Source: Hydrolagus affinis
Lineage: Eukaryota
Direction of reading: 5' to 3'
DNA: 64,000 bases
Assembly: GCA_012026655.1 (NCBI GenBank)
Contig: JAAILG010000015.1
Span: 62,001-126,000, forward strand
Shown: positions 13,069-25,307 of the stretch, piece after piece
Layout of the letters: each line of letters begins with the position of its first letter
Position numbering within the stretch: position 1 is the first letter of the stretch
Position numbers and translations under genes: made by a program
Notes under the pieces: generated by a model
Seen by the model: the letters and a program-made list of their open reading frames with translations, nothing else
Database searches by the model: none
Told to the model about the DNA's origin: nothing

Positions 13069-14276
13069 ACCCACTATCTAAAGCTAATGTAATTTTTTTT
13101 CACAGTATACTGGATGAGGGTCCTTATATTGGGTTCAATAGTAGAGAAATTGCTGCTCCAAACCAACTAAGAAACCCATTGATTAAAAGTTACCATCACC
13201 TCCAATGCTGATGACTGGGAAAGTCCTAATCTCACTGGGATCTCAAAGGCAAAACTCTGCTGCATTCAGTGTGACATTGTGTCAATGGATGTAAAAGGGG
13301 TCAAAGCAAGCCTTGTGTGTGTTTTGATAAGGTAGTCTTATGAACTCTGCAACGTTTCAAACTTGATTCTATGAGTGAATTTTAAGATAAGGGATTGAAT
13401 TCTACCAAAGGTTCTTCAGCAAGACTCTACATTCCCATTGTGTCTTGAAATTTACTTTTGCAAAATGGATCGGCATCTGCAAAGAGAAGTGCAAAAAAAA
13501 TGCAGTAAAATAGTTCTAAACACTCTTTCCCAAAAGTAATAATGGATGTTTTCTGATACTTTAATGTTCTGTGGTATGATTAATACTTTTAGCAGATAAA
13601 GTTTATATATCTAGAAGAATGGATATATCATTTGTACCAGTGAGAGATTGTCACTGTGAAATATTTAATTGCTTTCTTCATTTAAAAGTGGTGCAAACAG
13701 CATATTTCTATAGCTTACATTATGTCTATAACATTGATTTCTACGACATTTAATAATAAAGGTTATTAGTTTGCATCATAACATGGTAAATCACCCACAG
13801 GGCTATTTAAACAGGGTGATCCATACAAAAAATGTATTGCCGAAACAAACTAAAAACGTCACTCTTACAAAGTGAGCTTATTTGAATCATTTTAAACAGA
13901 ATACTGTCGCGTGAAATTGGAACATGCAGTGATATAAATAGAATAGCTTGCAACAAACAAGTGTTTTGTCACTTGTGAATTACGTGATCTCCACAACAAG
14001 TGAAATAAACATCACATCCAACACAATATATCTGTTTGTCGTATCTCCTATGATTTAAAACACCTTTTGCAGTCGTTAATTATTCATGTTTTTAAACTGG
14101 TCATTCGCAGATTGTATAGATAAGAAACTTGTGAACACTAATAACACTGTGCGAGGTGGAGTCAGGTTTTGATTTGAATACCGTCAACTTGTTTTCAAGT
14201 GGACGAAAATACTTTATTAACATAATAAGAATCCTTATTCTGAAAAGGGGTTTCCACATTTTCAATTGGTGCGCAG

Positions 14277-14353
14277 TACAGTTCAACATCTTTTCCATTT
14301 CTGCCTTGGTGATGGCACAGACAATCTGCCACAGAGCAGGAACAGAATTCAAT
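14277..14353 (+). CDS. Candidate exon of unknown transcript (unverified)
   Basis: Acceptor ...GCGCAG, donor AAT|GTAAGT; followed by a 91-nt GT-AG intron-like segment. Confidence 0.2.
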
Positions 14354-14444
14354 GTAAGTTGCATTGGATACCAACAGTCTCCATCAGCGAGGCCCCTTGT
14401 CGTCAATCCACCTATCTTCAGCTCACTCCTCATTATTCTGTCAG

Positions 14445-14547
14445 GACCACAAATGGTGCAATTCTCGTTCAGCATTCCCAGAGCAGATTTCTGCTCCTTT
14501 GTCATGGTGTCTGCATCACTGTCATAACATCTATCTCATTCCCAAAT
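14445..14547 (+). CDS. Candidate exon of unknown transcript (unverified)
   Basis: Branch-like CTCAC plus TCCTCATTATTCTGTCAG acceptor, donor AAT|GTAAGT; in frame with 14277-14353. Confidence 0.2.
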
Positions 14548-17500
14548 GTAAGTACTGCACATACAGCAGCTCAAGAAAAGCACAGAGGCAGGCAAAGCAG
14601 CATGTTGAACCATGCAGTTAGGTAAAAGGGTATGCGACTCGTGAAAGTTAGGAAGAGGATCAGGGTAATAGCTGGTGTAACAACATTGGGTTAAAATGAT
14701 TTCATTCTCGATTTATATTTCCTGACATTCTCTTAATGGACCTCTTAATGAACCTAAAGGTGCATCAGTTTAGAACACTCTTCTGAAATGATGCACTTTT
14801 AAAAGCTGACAAAGTGGCTGTTCCTGCGTGTTGGTAACCCCCGCACATTAAAATTCATAATCGCAGTGATTTCAGATGCTGTATTAATAATCCTGTCCCA
14901 TCGACCACTTTGGAGCAAAGAAAGGTTGCTTTGTCTGAGGTAGATGTAGGTATATACGTATACCTCACAGTGTAGTAATGCTACAACATTTAGCTTATCT
15001 GACTGTTGATCAAACAGATTGCAACTGATGGTTTAGCAACAAGCCCAAGTTGACAGAGATCTTCAAGGTAAAGTGCAACATTGCTGCAAGGGGCTCCATT
15101 TTACATTTATTTTTTTCTTCACTTCGTCTGATGTAATGTGGATTGACAGCCATGCAGATTTCCCATCAAAGCTATCGGGACAATAAAAGCATTATGCTTA
15201 TTGCAGTATTGGGGAGCATGTAACTCACTTATTTTGTTAACTTGTCAAACTAACCATTCCCTTTGGTCAGGCTGCTGTTTATCCTCAGCCAACATTGGGA
15301 TTAATTTCCCCCCATGTCTGACAAGAAAAGGGCAACCGAGATTTGAGTAAAAAGTGTAACGTGCTTCGAGGAACCGAATGTTTAAGATCTCATTCGAAAA
15401 GGGTTTGAAATTTGTGCTGTGTTTTGTAGGGGTAATAGAAAAGGCCTAGATGAGAAAACTGATAGAATACAGGTCACTAATTTGAACATGAGTCCTGAAT
15501 TGTATCCATGTTAACTGGATAACCTGAAGCAAATGAAATGATAATTCATGGATTCAACACGTACCAACCATTGTATTCTATTCTCACAGGATAGTAGGTG
15601 CAACCAAGCTGTTCCATTAAGAATCACATTAAGAAGTCATCTTTCAATAGGCTGGGTCATCAGCCAGTGAAGCAGTGCTTAATTTAGTGCCACGAATCAT
15701 TCCAGTGTATAGATTCCTGTCCTAATCGTGAAGTCCAGTAGATGCAACAGTTAACAGGGATAGTGCTCAGTTGGGACTGACTGTAAGTGGAAGCAAATAA
15801 ATCCTTTAACTGGAATAAGAACTGTTATTATTACTATTATATTTACAGAGCGCAAGTTGTTCATTGTCAGACTCCTGTATGTCACTACTTCTTTGAGTCA
15901 GAGAGAAATGCACTATGTTCATCAACACAGTACAAAATTGCTGGGTAATGAAAAGTTGCGTTTGGCTCTGTGCGTATCATTTTAATTCTGGTCCCAACTT
16001 GGCACAAGAGCATGACGGAAGAAGCTGCAAAGTATGAGAATTTGAATCCTCATCCACCAACACAATTGATGTCAAGCTTTGTCGCTCGGTCACTCACTCG
16101 CTCGCACGCACGCACTCACTCTTTTGTCAGCAATAACTGGAGCAGGATTAGTTCTGAGTGTTAATTTTTCCGCCTGTATTGAGAATCTGTGCTGATTTCT
16201 TGCTGAGCTATGTGTAACTTATATAACTATAAGTCACATGCCCAGCAAATAGCTTGAATGAAAATTACCTACTTGACCAAATTGCCCTGCATATGTATTA
16301 ATATTAATATTTATCAGGCCCATGATCGAAATTGAGACACACAACTGCGATAAATGTTAAGTGAATAACATAAGCTACCCGAAAGAGCTCCCATATCGAG
16401 AAAAAGGCTCCACAGACAGACAAAATGCTTTGTTACGATAATGGCTTCAATTCCTGTGATGTATCTTTTTATTCACTTGTGTTTCTAACAAGAGTCAAAT
16501 GATGGAGTAACAGGTGCGAGTACCGAACGTTTGTCACCTCAACACTCTCCTTGGCGTCACCGCAATTTTCAGTTCCTTTCTAAACAGGGTAGAGGCACTG
16601 GAATTCTTTGATCTCACAGGTATAAAAATCAAAGGAAGCAAAGCTACCAAAAGGGAGTTTCAGAGAGATTCAGTTGAAATTGCACAATAAAGCAGAGTAG
16701 CATGCTCCGCTGGATTCTTGGAGTACTGCGATCCTTGCTGTATCGCTGGGTTGCAGTGAGAGGTGTATGTTGTGCCATTTTCAAATATATTCCAGCGGCA
16801 GCCAGTGTATGAACTGCAGCACCAAAGTGGACACTGTTTTGACGTCACCTCCTCATTTTCAGAGATGGGAGCTCTTTGAGACGTCCTCCCCTGAAAGGAG
16901 CTGTAAAAATATGTATGTGGAAATACATATAAATATACATTGTAATAAATATATAAATATCTTTATAAATATAATGTATAAATATACATTGTAATAACGT
17001 TTTGGTTTTCATCCTTGTGATGATTAAGGCAGTGAGTGAAGGTACGTTTACCTGCATTATCAGAGCGTCGTTCAAAATTGGCGGCAGCAGGTTTCACCAA
17101 TACTCTCCCGTGTGAGGAAATCATAAAATAATATTCTCGGCCAATATTACAACGGGATTCTTGTAAAGAAGTTGAATGGGGATGATCCATAAGGAGCAAT
17201 ATGATATATTGATGTAACAGACTTTTTATGGACCCATTTTATTGGTGATTCTGTGATTAATAAAGCAGTATATCATTAGAGTTCTAATTAAAACTGATGA
17301 AGGCAGAGGCTCATCTAGTATCAATAAAATACAATAAATTACTGCCTCCGTAGCAAATGTACACTATTAAGAATAATAATTCAAAAATAACTCGAGGCTT
17401 TGCTTATGGCAGAAATCTAATTTCCCTTTGAAACTCCCTCATTTCAATGTAAGATTTTTGGCCTTGAAACCTGGTCAATGTGGTATGAATTGAGGTGACA

Positions 17501-18081
17501 TCTGCATAATCTGGCTGAGAATGATACTCTGCATTTATTAAAAGATTCCAAACAATGAAACCATTGATGCTGTTAAATTTCACTCAACGTTCACTTTGCC
17601 TTTGCAGATTCGTACAAAGTTGCTGAGCTCTCCCAGGAATCTATGCAGTTAAGCCGCAGGAGGATTGTGTAATTGATGCCGTCAATAGGCAGGCAAAGTA
17701 TTGGCATCGATGCCTGTGGATGGATAGTGGGGGGAGTGTAGGATACAAAGAGAATGGAACAGTTTTCCTTTCTGACAGATGGGCGTCTGAACAGAGAGAA
17801 TATCTGAGAGAGATTTGCAAGGCAGCATCCAGGTTCTCAGGCTCTGAGCTAAGCTCAAGGGTTTATAAGCAAAGAAAATGTACAAATGCTTCCCCACTTG
17901 ACCACAAGACACCCTTACCCACACACAATGTTACGACTAACGACCAGACATTAGATTACCTTCCCTCCCACTACTCCTCCAATGAGGCACAAAGCTATCA
18001 ATAAAAGCAAAGAATACCATTTGTATCTACGTTTATGAAGTGATTCCAGTCAAGAGATAGTAATTAATCACCTCTTCCCCA

Positions 18082-18253
18082 CGGAAGACTGATAGATTTT
18101 TTTTTAAAAATAGAGGGATTAGGGGATACAGGGATGGAGCAGGTAATTAGAGTTAGGTCAGAAGATCAGCCATGATCTTATCAAATGGCGGGGCAGGCTC
18201 GAGGGGCCGAATGGCCTACTCCTGCTCCTAATTCTTATGTTCTTATGTTCTTA
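18082..18253 (+). mobile_element. CR1 LINE 3' end, well preserved
   Basis: GATCAGCCATGATCTTATCAAATGGCGGGGCAGGCTCGAGGGGCCGAATGGCCTACTCCTGCTCCTAA(TTCTTATG)n: CR1-type terminal stem-loop plus 8-nt tandem tail. Confidence 0.9.
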
Positions 18254-19304
18254 GAATTGTGTGAGACTAAAGGTAGGATTGTATAGAACTTAAGCATTCT
18301 GGTGTGAAGGACGCGATATAAATGCAAGTTGTCATTGTTGTTGTTGTTGGGTGTGGATAATGGCATCCATAAGTACATGTGGAAAGATTTATTTTTCTCC
18401 CTTCTGTGAACGCATGTGTTTGGTGAAGGACAATCATTCTGTCATTCGTTACTCAACACAACCTAACCAGCTCTGTTTTTGAATTAATGTTTTGTTGCCA
18501 CTAAAGATCATTGATGCACATCAACAACTTTATATGAACATTTTCTTTGAGTTTGGTTTAAGTAGCATTGTGCTTAATGTAGCTGTGTGCAAATGGACTG
18601 CCGCTTTCACGCACAAAAATAGACACTGCACTTTACAGTACATCATCTGAAGTGCTTTGAATTGTTCAAGGAAAAAGGTACTATGTAAAATGTAAGGACT
18701 ATTATTATTATCAATGGTAATAATAAAAGCAATGATAATGTATTTGCCCATTCTCCTCATCTTCTGACATCCATTTTGGTGGTGGGAATAGGGTTTCTGA
18801 AAACCTGGCTGATATCTGTACCAAAATCATCAGATCAAGCTTTGAGATTTGCTTTCAGATGAGATGGAGCTCCTGTGGGATATAGATTCTCTCTTATGTT
18901 ACCCGAGGAGACTGATCATTGCCTGAGTGGCAGGTGGCACAACTCATCGGAGATGCAGAAAGGGTTAATATTTCATAGTCAAGGATGCCAGCTTTACCAA
19001 TACGCAAGATATGAAAGGCATCCAAAAGTTTCAAGCAAGAAAATACAGCATCCAGGGAGGATACTGCCTGCACCTTATTCTGATCCTCAGCATAATTTGA
19101 CAGTATTGATTGCTGGGTTTTTTGTTCCCTGTTGAGATCACAGTCTCAAGACTCCCTCACACACTATGGAAATTTGAGGTATGAACTGAATCTTTCAGTA
19201 GCTAGATGAAAGATTTGAGTGTTGAGGGAATAGGTTCTTAATAAGAAGACAATGCATTTTTTTTTATTTCAAAATATATTGTAAATATGACTAAAACTAA
19301 GTGG

Positions 19305-19534
19305 ACGAAGTGCCACAGTGTTTTAGCACACTGTTGTTTTACTACTGAAAGATGAGGTTTGAATCCCGCCCAACCTAATTAGGTGAAAGCCTCCTCTTTC
19401 TGTGAGTTGAAGGGCTCAGCAGCACCAACTGTCTCTAAATTTATAAACTTGCTAAGAGAAGCCATAAGGACGAACATAAAGTATTGGAAATGGAAGTTTT
19501 TCACAGCGCTGCATGGAGGAGCACTCTCGGGAAA
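19305..19534 (+). mobile_element. Ancient LF-SINE-like element
   Basis: Degenerate tRNA head (GGTTTGAATCCCGCCCA), then GAAAGCCTCCTCT...GAGAAGCCATAAGGAC. Confidence 0.4.
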
Positions 19535-19827
19535 GCTGTATCTCAGTGGTTAGAGCACTCGTATTTGAATCCAGGCAGGTCAGGATGAAACCTTCAGTAC
19601 ATTTCCTTACTCCACATGCCTAATAATCATCCATCCAAAAAAAAACACAATATTAAAATTGGTCATTTCAATCTACGACTGTTTCTGGGACACTGCTGTG
19701 CACAATTGGCTGCCACGCTTCGCCCACAAATATACAGTCAATTCACTTTACAGTATATTCTGTGAAACGCTTTGAGATGTCTAGAAGATGTGAAAAGTGC
19801 TGCATCAAATGCAAGGATTATTATTAT
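19535..19827 (+). mobile_element. tRNA-derived SINE with L2-type tail (short variant)
   Basis: CTGTATCTCAGTGGTTAGAGCACTCG head, body TGGGACACTGCTGTGCACAATTGGCTGCC, tail CAAATGCAAGG(ATT)n. Confidence 0.92.
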
Positions 19828-20742
19828 AAAGTGGTTCAAACGCATTGGTGGGAAGCTCAATAAAGATAGCTTCACTCACCACCTGACTATACTGTGATGG
19901 GAAATGTATTAGTCCATTGTCAAATGCCTACTCAACCATACATCAGTATTTCTTTCACATTCATAATTGACATTGTGATATGTAATTCAGCAGTTATGTT
20001 CATGTGTAGTGTCAAAACGACAATTACCCACAAGTGAAATTCTGCACAAGTTAAACTTGGATAGTGACGGTGCTCAGTCTGACTTAATGGTGTTCACTCT
20101 TTTAAAAACAGTTTCTAAAGGCCTCGCCTATTTATATACCTGAAATTTACTTTTTGACTGAGAATATTTGGAATCATTGAAATATAATATCCGTCAACTG
20201 AGCCAAATTTGGGGGTATATTCACACAAGGCTGCACTTGTCACATACTATTTCAGATTTAAATCAGCTTTCGCCCACAAATATACAGTCTTATGGAGAAT
20301 ACCTGCTTTATTCTCAACGCACCCGACATTAAAGTCCTTCAGAGCAGGGAACAGAGTCTCTACAATCTATTTCAGTCAATGAACACTGAGGAGACTTCTG
20401 TCCTTGCAACTCTGATAGTTAAATTTAAAGAGCTGCACATACTCTTTAATAAAATGAATAACAATTAAAAACAATCTATTGACAGTGCAGTGAACTTTTA
20501 ATGAATCATTTATGAGTGGCAATTGAATTTATTCATCCCATGGGCATCTGCTCCACAGTGACGTAAACCCATGAGTTGGCAGAACTATTTGTTATTGGGA
20601 TCTAATTTCTAGGTTCCAGGGTAAATCACTGTGTAAACACCAGCCCACATGATGTAAAGGGCCACATGTGCCCCTGCCCAAACTCTTCCAACATCAGTGA
20701 GAAAGCATTCAGCAGTACTACAACCCACCCCACCCTTTGTGG

Positions 20743-21091
20743 AGTCTTGTAGAGCATTTGTTAAAGCACTCGCCTTGCAAGCTAGAGGACCTGGGTTCAA
20801 TTCCCAGACAGGGTGAAATGTTAGGCACGTTTCCTGACTCCACACATCTCTGTGTACCTACCAATAAATAAAAACCTGATGGTTAGTCAATCGGTGAATC
20901 ATTTTTTCCGGGGATAATAATCCCTTAATAAAAAAATGTGGTCGCTCAACCCTCGCCTGTTTGTGGGACACTGCTGTGCGCAATTGGCTACCGTGTTTCG
21001 CCTACAAAGTATACAGTATACACTTTAGACTGTCTCAAAGACATGATAAGGTACTATTCGAATGCAAGAATTATTCTTATTCTTATTATTA
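20743..21091 (+). mobile_element. tRNA(Ala-like)-derived SINE (long variant)
   Basis: Head with TTGCAAG loop and B-box GGTTCAATTCC; extra internal segment CTCTGTGTACCTACCAATAAATA...TTTTCCGGGG. Confidence 0.88.
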
Positions 21092-21094
21092 TCT

Positions 21095-21265
21095 CTCTGG
21101 AAAACCTCTCTCACCCCCTCCCTCCCTGCCTTCAAAACACAGTGTAAAACCTATCTTTTCAAACCAGCGTCTGAATCGTTCCCCCAAGCTTGGACTCCCA
21201 GTCAGCTCTGTAAATGCTTTGAGACAATTTCCTGATGCTCTATATATATGTAAATTGTAGTTGTA
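21095..21265 (+). mobile_element. L2 3' end fragment
   Basis: CCCTCCCTGCCTTCAAAACACAGTGTAAAACCTATCTTTTC (LPAFKT.CKTYLF) plus L2-type tail. Confidence 0.65.
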
Positions 21266-21584
21266 AAATGAGTGGACAGCACTAGATATAAACTGCTGTG
21301 TTCCATAACAATCTAATACAATTTAAACATAAGGAAACCACGAGGAATGATATTGAGGCATTGCTAATGCTATTTTGGCTCAAGTTAGAAACACTGATAT
21401 CTAATTATTTATGTTTTCAAACTGAATATACAGAAGACTGATATATGGAACTAACTGTCCAAGGAGACATGGAGATGGATAGGGTAGGCAAATTCAAGAC
21501 TGAATGAGCTTTAAGTTGGTGAAAGAAATTGAGAGGTAAGAAATAGAGCAACATGTTTCTTAATAATCTTTAGATTTGATACAG

Positions 21585-21902
21585 CAGCTTCACTTCAGGA
21601 GGATGCCTCAAAGAAAAACACAGGAGAGTCTGAAAAGTGCAGCCACTGTATTTTTGTAGACAATCAAATTACACACAACACAACAAAGTCCCACAAATAA
21701 TGTTAATGTCCACCTGAACTAGCAGACGAGACCTTGGTTTAACATCTCAATCGAAGGATGACACCTCTGACAATGCAGCGCTCCCTCAGTACTGCATTGC
21801 AGTTTCAGCTGAGACGATTTGAGTTCAAAGTCTTGACGTAGGGCTTGAACCCACAACTGTCTGACTCAAAGGCGAAGTTGCTACCAACTGAGACGGATTG
21901 AC
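21585..21902 (-). mobile_element. Old Deu-domain SINE (SacSINE1/AmnSINE1-like core)
   Basis: Minus strand: GAGTCAGACAGTTGTGGGTTCAAGCCC head, GCAGTACTGAGGGAGCGCTGCATTGTCAGAGGTGTCATCCTTCGATTGAGATGTTAAACCAAGG Deu core. Confidence 0.8.
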
Positions 21903-22489
21903 AGCAAAATTGGGGCTGACCAGATGGACCACAGGACTCTTCCAGGCCCCAGATGTTCCCAATCTTTCTTTGTACAAATTCCCCTCAATCCCCAAATCCT
22001 TTATCTTCTTCAATCTGCTGTAGCCTATTCTGCACAAGCTGAACAACACCCGTCTGTTCTCCCACTGATTAGCTCCCTGGATACCTTTCGGATTGTGGCT
22101 TCTCTCTGCTGAATGATTTTAAATCATTTATATCCAAGTAGCAAAGCAAAAAAAAAATCTTTGTCAAACGATACAAATTACATAAAACACTTATTTTGTT
22201 TTTCTAAAACTTTTTTTTTTGACCCAGGAGGAATTGTAGTCATACCTTTCAATTGCAACTGTTTGATATTTTGCAATGGATTTTTTGATGCAGAAAAGTT
22301 GTTTGATGGGATTTGGTTGAAAATATTGCACCAATGCTGAGGTACTAAAAACACCATAAAATCATGATAAGCAGCTCAATTCCACCCATAATATAAAAAT
22401 TCTTCCAGTATTTATTATGTTTCGACAGTATGTGAATATTAATTAAAAGCTGGGAACAAGCCTACTATTAAAAGGTATTTCAACATTCT

Positions 22490-22807
22490 GTTGCTTTCTG
22501 TAATCTCGAGACTTCTCAAAACACTTTGCAGGATTTTACTGTCAATTGACTGTAGTGACTGTGTGTTTCGCAAGTAAATGTAACAGCTTATTTGAGCATA
22601 GCATGGAAAGTCATTAAATGATGACCGGTTTTATTGGGGATTGTTAGGCTGGGATACGGAGAGGCACTCTTTCCTTTGATGAACAATGCCAACAGGATCC
22701 TTAACATCCACCTGAACAGGCAGACTGACTCGTACTTGAAGGACGGCACCTTCGACAATGCAACATACCCCCCAGTGCTGCAATGAAGTGACTATGAGGA
22801 CAAAGGC
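22490..22807 (-). mobile_element. Old Deu-domain SINE, headless; left arm of inverted repeat
   Basis: Minus strand: GCATTGTCGAAGGTGCCGTCCTTC...CAGGTGGATGTTAAGGATCC Deu core plus 3' body. Confidence 0.8.
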
Positions 22808-22899
22808 AGTCATGGAACCCTGACAGCTGAATTATTCAAAAAGTGCCCTTTAATTGACAATTTTCCAGTTATTGCTTCAATTGAGTAGCCACACAAGAT

Positions 22900-23125
22900 G
22901 TCAGTCTGAATCAGTTGACAGCACTCTCTCTCTGAGTCATGAAGGCTATGGGTTCAAACCCCACATTGTAGACTTTGTTCTCATAGTCACTTCAATGCAG
23001 CACCGGGGGGTATGTTGCTTTCCATGGTACGCGCAAATAAGCTGTTGCATTTACTTGCGAAACACACAGTCACTACAGTCAACTGACAGTAAAATCCTGC
23101 AAAGTGTTTTGAGACATCTCTTAAA
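22900..23125 (+). mobile_element. Old Deu-domain SINE with head and internal deletion; right arm of inverted repeat
   Basis: CTCTGAGTCATGAAGGCTATGGGTTCAAACCCCAC head; body is the reverse complement of 22514-22610 and 22760-22807. Confidence 0.8.
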
Positions 23126-23203
23126 GCATTCCTCAATGTTTTATTCATAATATGTATCTGAACCATGTCAGCATATATAACATGTCAGCATCCATTTGTG
23201 GAA

Positions 23204-23485
23204 TCCTGTAGCTCAGTGGTTAGAGCACTCGCCTTACAAGCGAGAAACCTGGATTCAATTCCAGGCAGGGTGAAATCTTGGGCAAGTTTCCTTACTCCAC
23301 ATGGCTAATAATAATCCCTAAAAATGAAAAGCCAATAATAAATTGGTCATTTCAATCCACTGTTGCACGCAATTGGCTGTTGTGTTTCGCCTGCATACAT
23401 ACAGTCAATTAACTTTACGTCCTCCAGACGTGAAAGGCGCTCAATAAATGTAGTTTTGTTGTTATTATAATAATAATAAAATAAT
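23204..23485 (+). mobile_element. tRNA-derived SINE (short variant)
   Basis: CCTGTAGCTCAGTGGTTAGAGCACTCGCCTTACAAGCGAGAAACCTGGATTCAATTCC head; L2-type tail. Confidence 0.9.
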
Positions 23486-23487
23486 AC

Positions 23488-23745
23488 TACTCACATTTAT
23501 ATAGTGCTATCCACGTCTTATCGACATCTCAAAGCACTTCACAACAATGTCCCAAGGTTGGGACCAGAACAGGGGGGGAGGGAGAAAACAAGAGGGAAGA
23601 AAGGGGGGAAAAGAGCTATAGACCAGAGCAGGTGGGGAGGAGTTGTGGTTGGGGAACGGAAAGTAGGAAAATTGACTGTATATTTGTGGGAGAAACGCGG
23701 CAGCCAAATTGGGCACAACAGTGTCCCACAAACAGTCGTGGAAAT
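23488..23745 (-). mobile_element. SINE 3' half with purine-rich insert
   Basis: AATTGACTGTATATTTGTGGGAGAAACGCGGCAGCCAAATTGGGCACAACAGTGTCCCACAAACAGTCGTGG is the reverse complement of the SINE body. Confidence 0.75.
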
Positions 23746-23774
23746 GGGGCCAGGGGAGAAAGGGGGAAAAGAGT

Positions 23775-23869
23775 ATATAGTATATTCTGTATTCTGTGAA
23801 GTGTTTAAGCTGTCAAGAAGACATGAAAAGCACTATATCAAATGCAAGGACTACAATATTATTATTATT
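23775..23869 (+). mobile_element. SINE 3' tail fragment
   Basis: GTGAAGTGTTT...CATGAAAAGCACTATATCAAATGCAAGG. Confidence 0.75.
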
Positions 23870-24129
23870 CATTTGCAGGACATTATCTGTGGACCCAGAT
23901 GCCTGCACTCCTCTTAGTTTGCTAGAGGGAGGTAGGGTGTCAGAGGGCCTTGATAGTGATGCTGGCTTGTGCTGAGGTTTCTCCCAATTCCACCCCCACC
24001 CAAAATAAAAATGTCAACCTGAGAGTTTTTGAATTAGGATTTCAGTAACAGTTAAGCCTTCAAAATATACACAGCGTTGATAGAGGTGGTGGGGGGGAGG
24101 CGGTGTAGGTTAACAGCAATTGAGATGGA

Positions 24130-24217
24130 GTTTTACAGTATATTCTGTGAAGCACTTTGAGATATCTAGAAGACGTGAAATGTGCTATACCAAATGTAAA
24201 GATTATTATTATTATTT
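24130..24217 (+). mobile_element. SINE 3' tail fragment
   Basis: TTTACAGTATATTCTGTGAAGCACTTTGAGATATCTAGAAGACGTGAAA...(ATT)n. Confidence 0.85.
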
Positions 24218-24984
24218 ATTTGTGTTGGTTTAATTGAGTACCTCATACAATTACACAAAAAGCTCATTTTTATTTCTGTGTCGACGAAATGAGGTGAAGA
24301 TTTTATGAGGGTGTTTTACCTATTTCTAACAGTCCCCACCACATTGAGGAGCCTGAGGCAGAAACCTCTCAGTGTCTGTGGTAAGACTCATTTCCCATGT
24401 GGAGCTGTGTGTGAGTGCATGTGCTTATGTTAAAGAGGTTTTTGTATAGAAACCATAGCCCTCTGGCAAAGTTTAAAAAAAAATACAATATCATTAAAAT
24501 GGTGAATATTATCACAGAAATATATGAAATTTGAAACGTGAGACAGGTTTGACAACGAAAAGTGATTACTGATCCTTACATGAGGAGCTATTCAGTCTAG
24601 TACTGTTATTGTCTTATTACCCTCATTCGTACAGTCACCATACAAGTCTTCTTGTAAAACAGAAATGTTGAAATGTGGCACGGAGACAGGTATGAACGTT
24701 TAACTAGCTTCCATCTCCGCTTGTGTCAGTGGTAAGTGAAACAATCTGTGTTCATGTGGGAGGGGAAGTGAGTTTGTGTTCGCTGATAAGTCCACTTACA
24801 CTAGGTATCCTCAGCTCAGGGTGCCTCTGGCTCTCCTGATTAGATTGTAAAATGATTATGCTTGTGTTGCCATATTATTCTCTGCCTTTTCTCTTTACGT
24901 TTTGCTGTGTGAAGATACAATGGAAACGGCAGAATCAAGCACCCAGTGCCTAAATGCCTAAATGCCTAGAGTACTGCATGTATG

Positions 24985-25307
24985 AAGGCCATCCTGAGAT
25001 TGCTCAGTCGTGAACTTTTTTTTTAAACCATTGATATTGCTGTCCGGCAATCTTTCCCCCTGCTAGTCCAGCTAGGAGCACCCTACCTGTTAGCACTTTG
25101 CGGGGTTAACAGGAGCTGAGTGGGTTGATTCCCTGCACCCAATGACTGATCTGCCCTTCCAGGTCCTGCTGACAAGCCAGGCAGGTCTGTGGTGTCATCA
25201 GCAGTGACATGGAATACTGCAGACTTGCCTGGCTCAGGAACCAGTCTAGCAAATCAGGCACAAAACCAGCAGATCAACCCAGAGCCCTTCCGATATGCAT
25301 GGTCTGT
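24985..25307 (-). mobile_element. Ancient SINE (AmnSINE2/LmeSINE-like)
   Basis: Minus strand GGAAGGGCTCTGGGTTGATCTGCTGGTTTTGTGC...GGGCAGATCAGTCA resembles the recalled family head and core. Confidence 0.4.

Noticed and set aside
14101-14505. 134-aa minus-strand ORF
   Set aside because: No recognisable family; splice signals in this interval fit the plus strand better. Not formally excluded.
16927-16997. 21-bp direct repeat TATAAATATACATTGTAATAA
   Set aside because: Lies in an AT-rich low-complexity tract after a SINE tail; slippage explains it.
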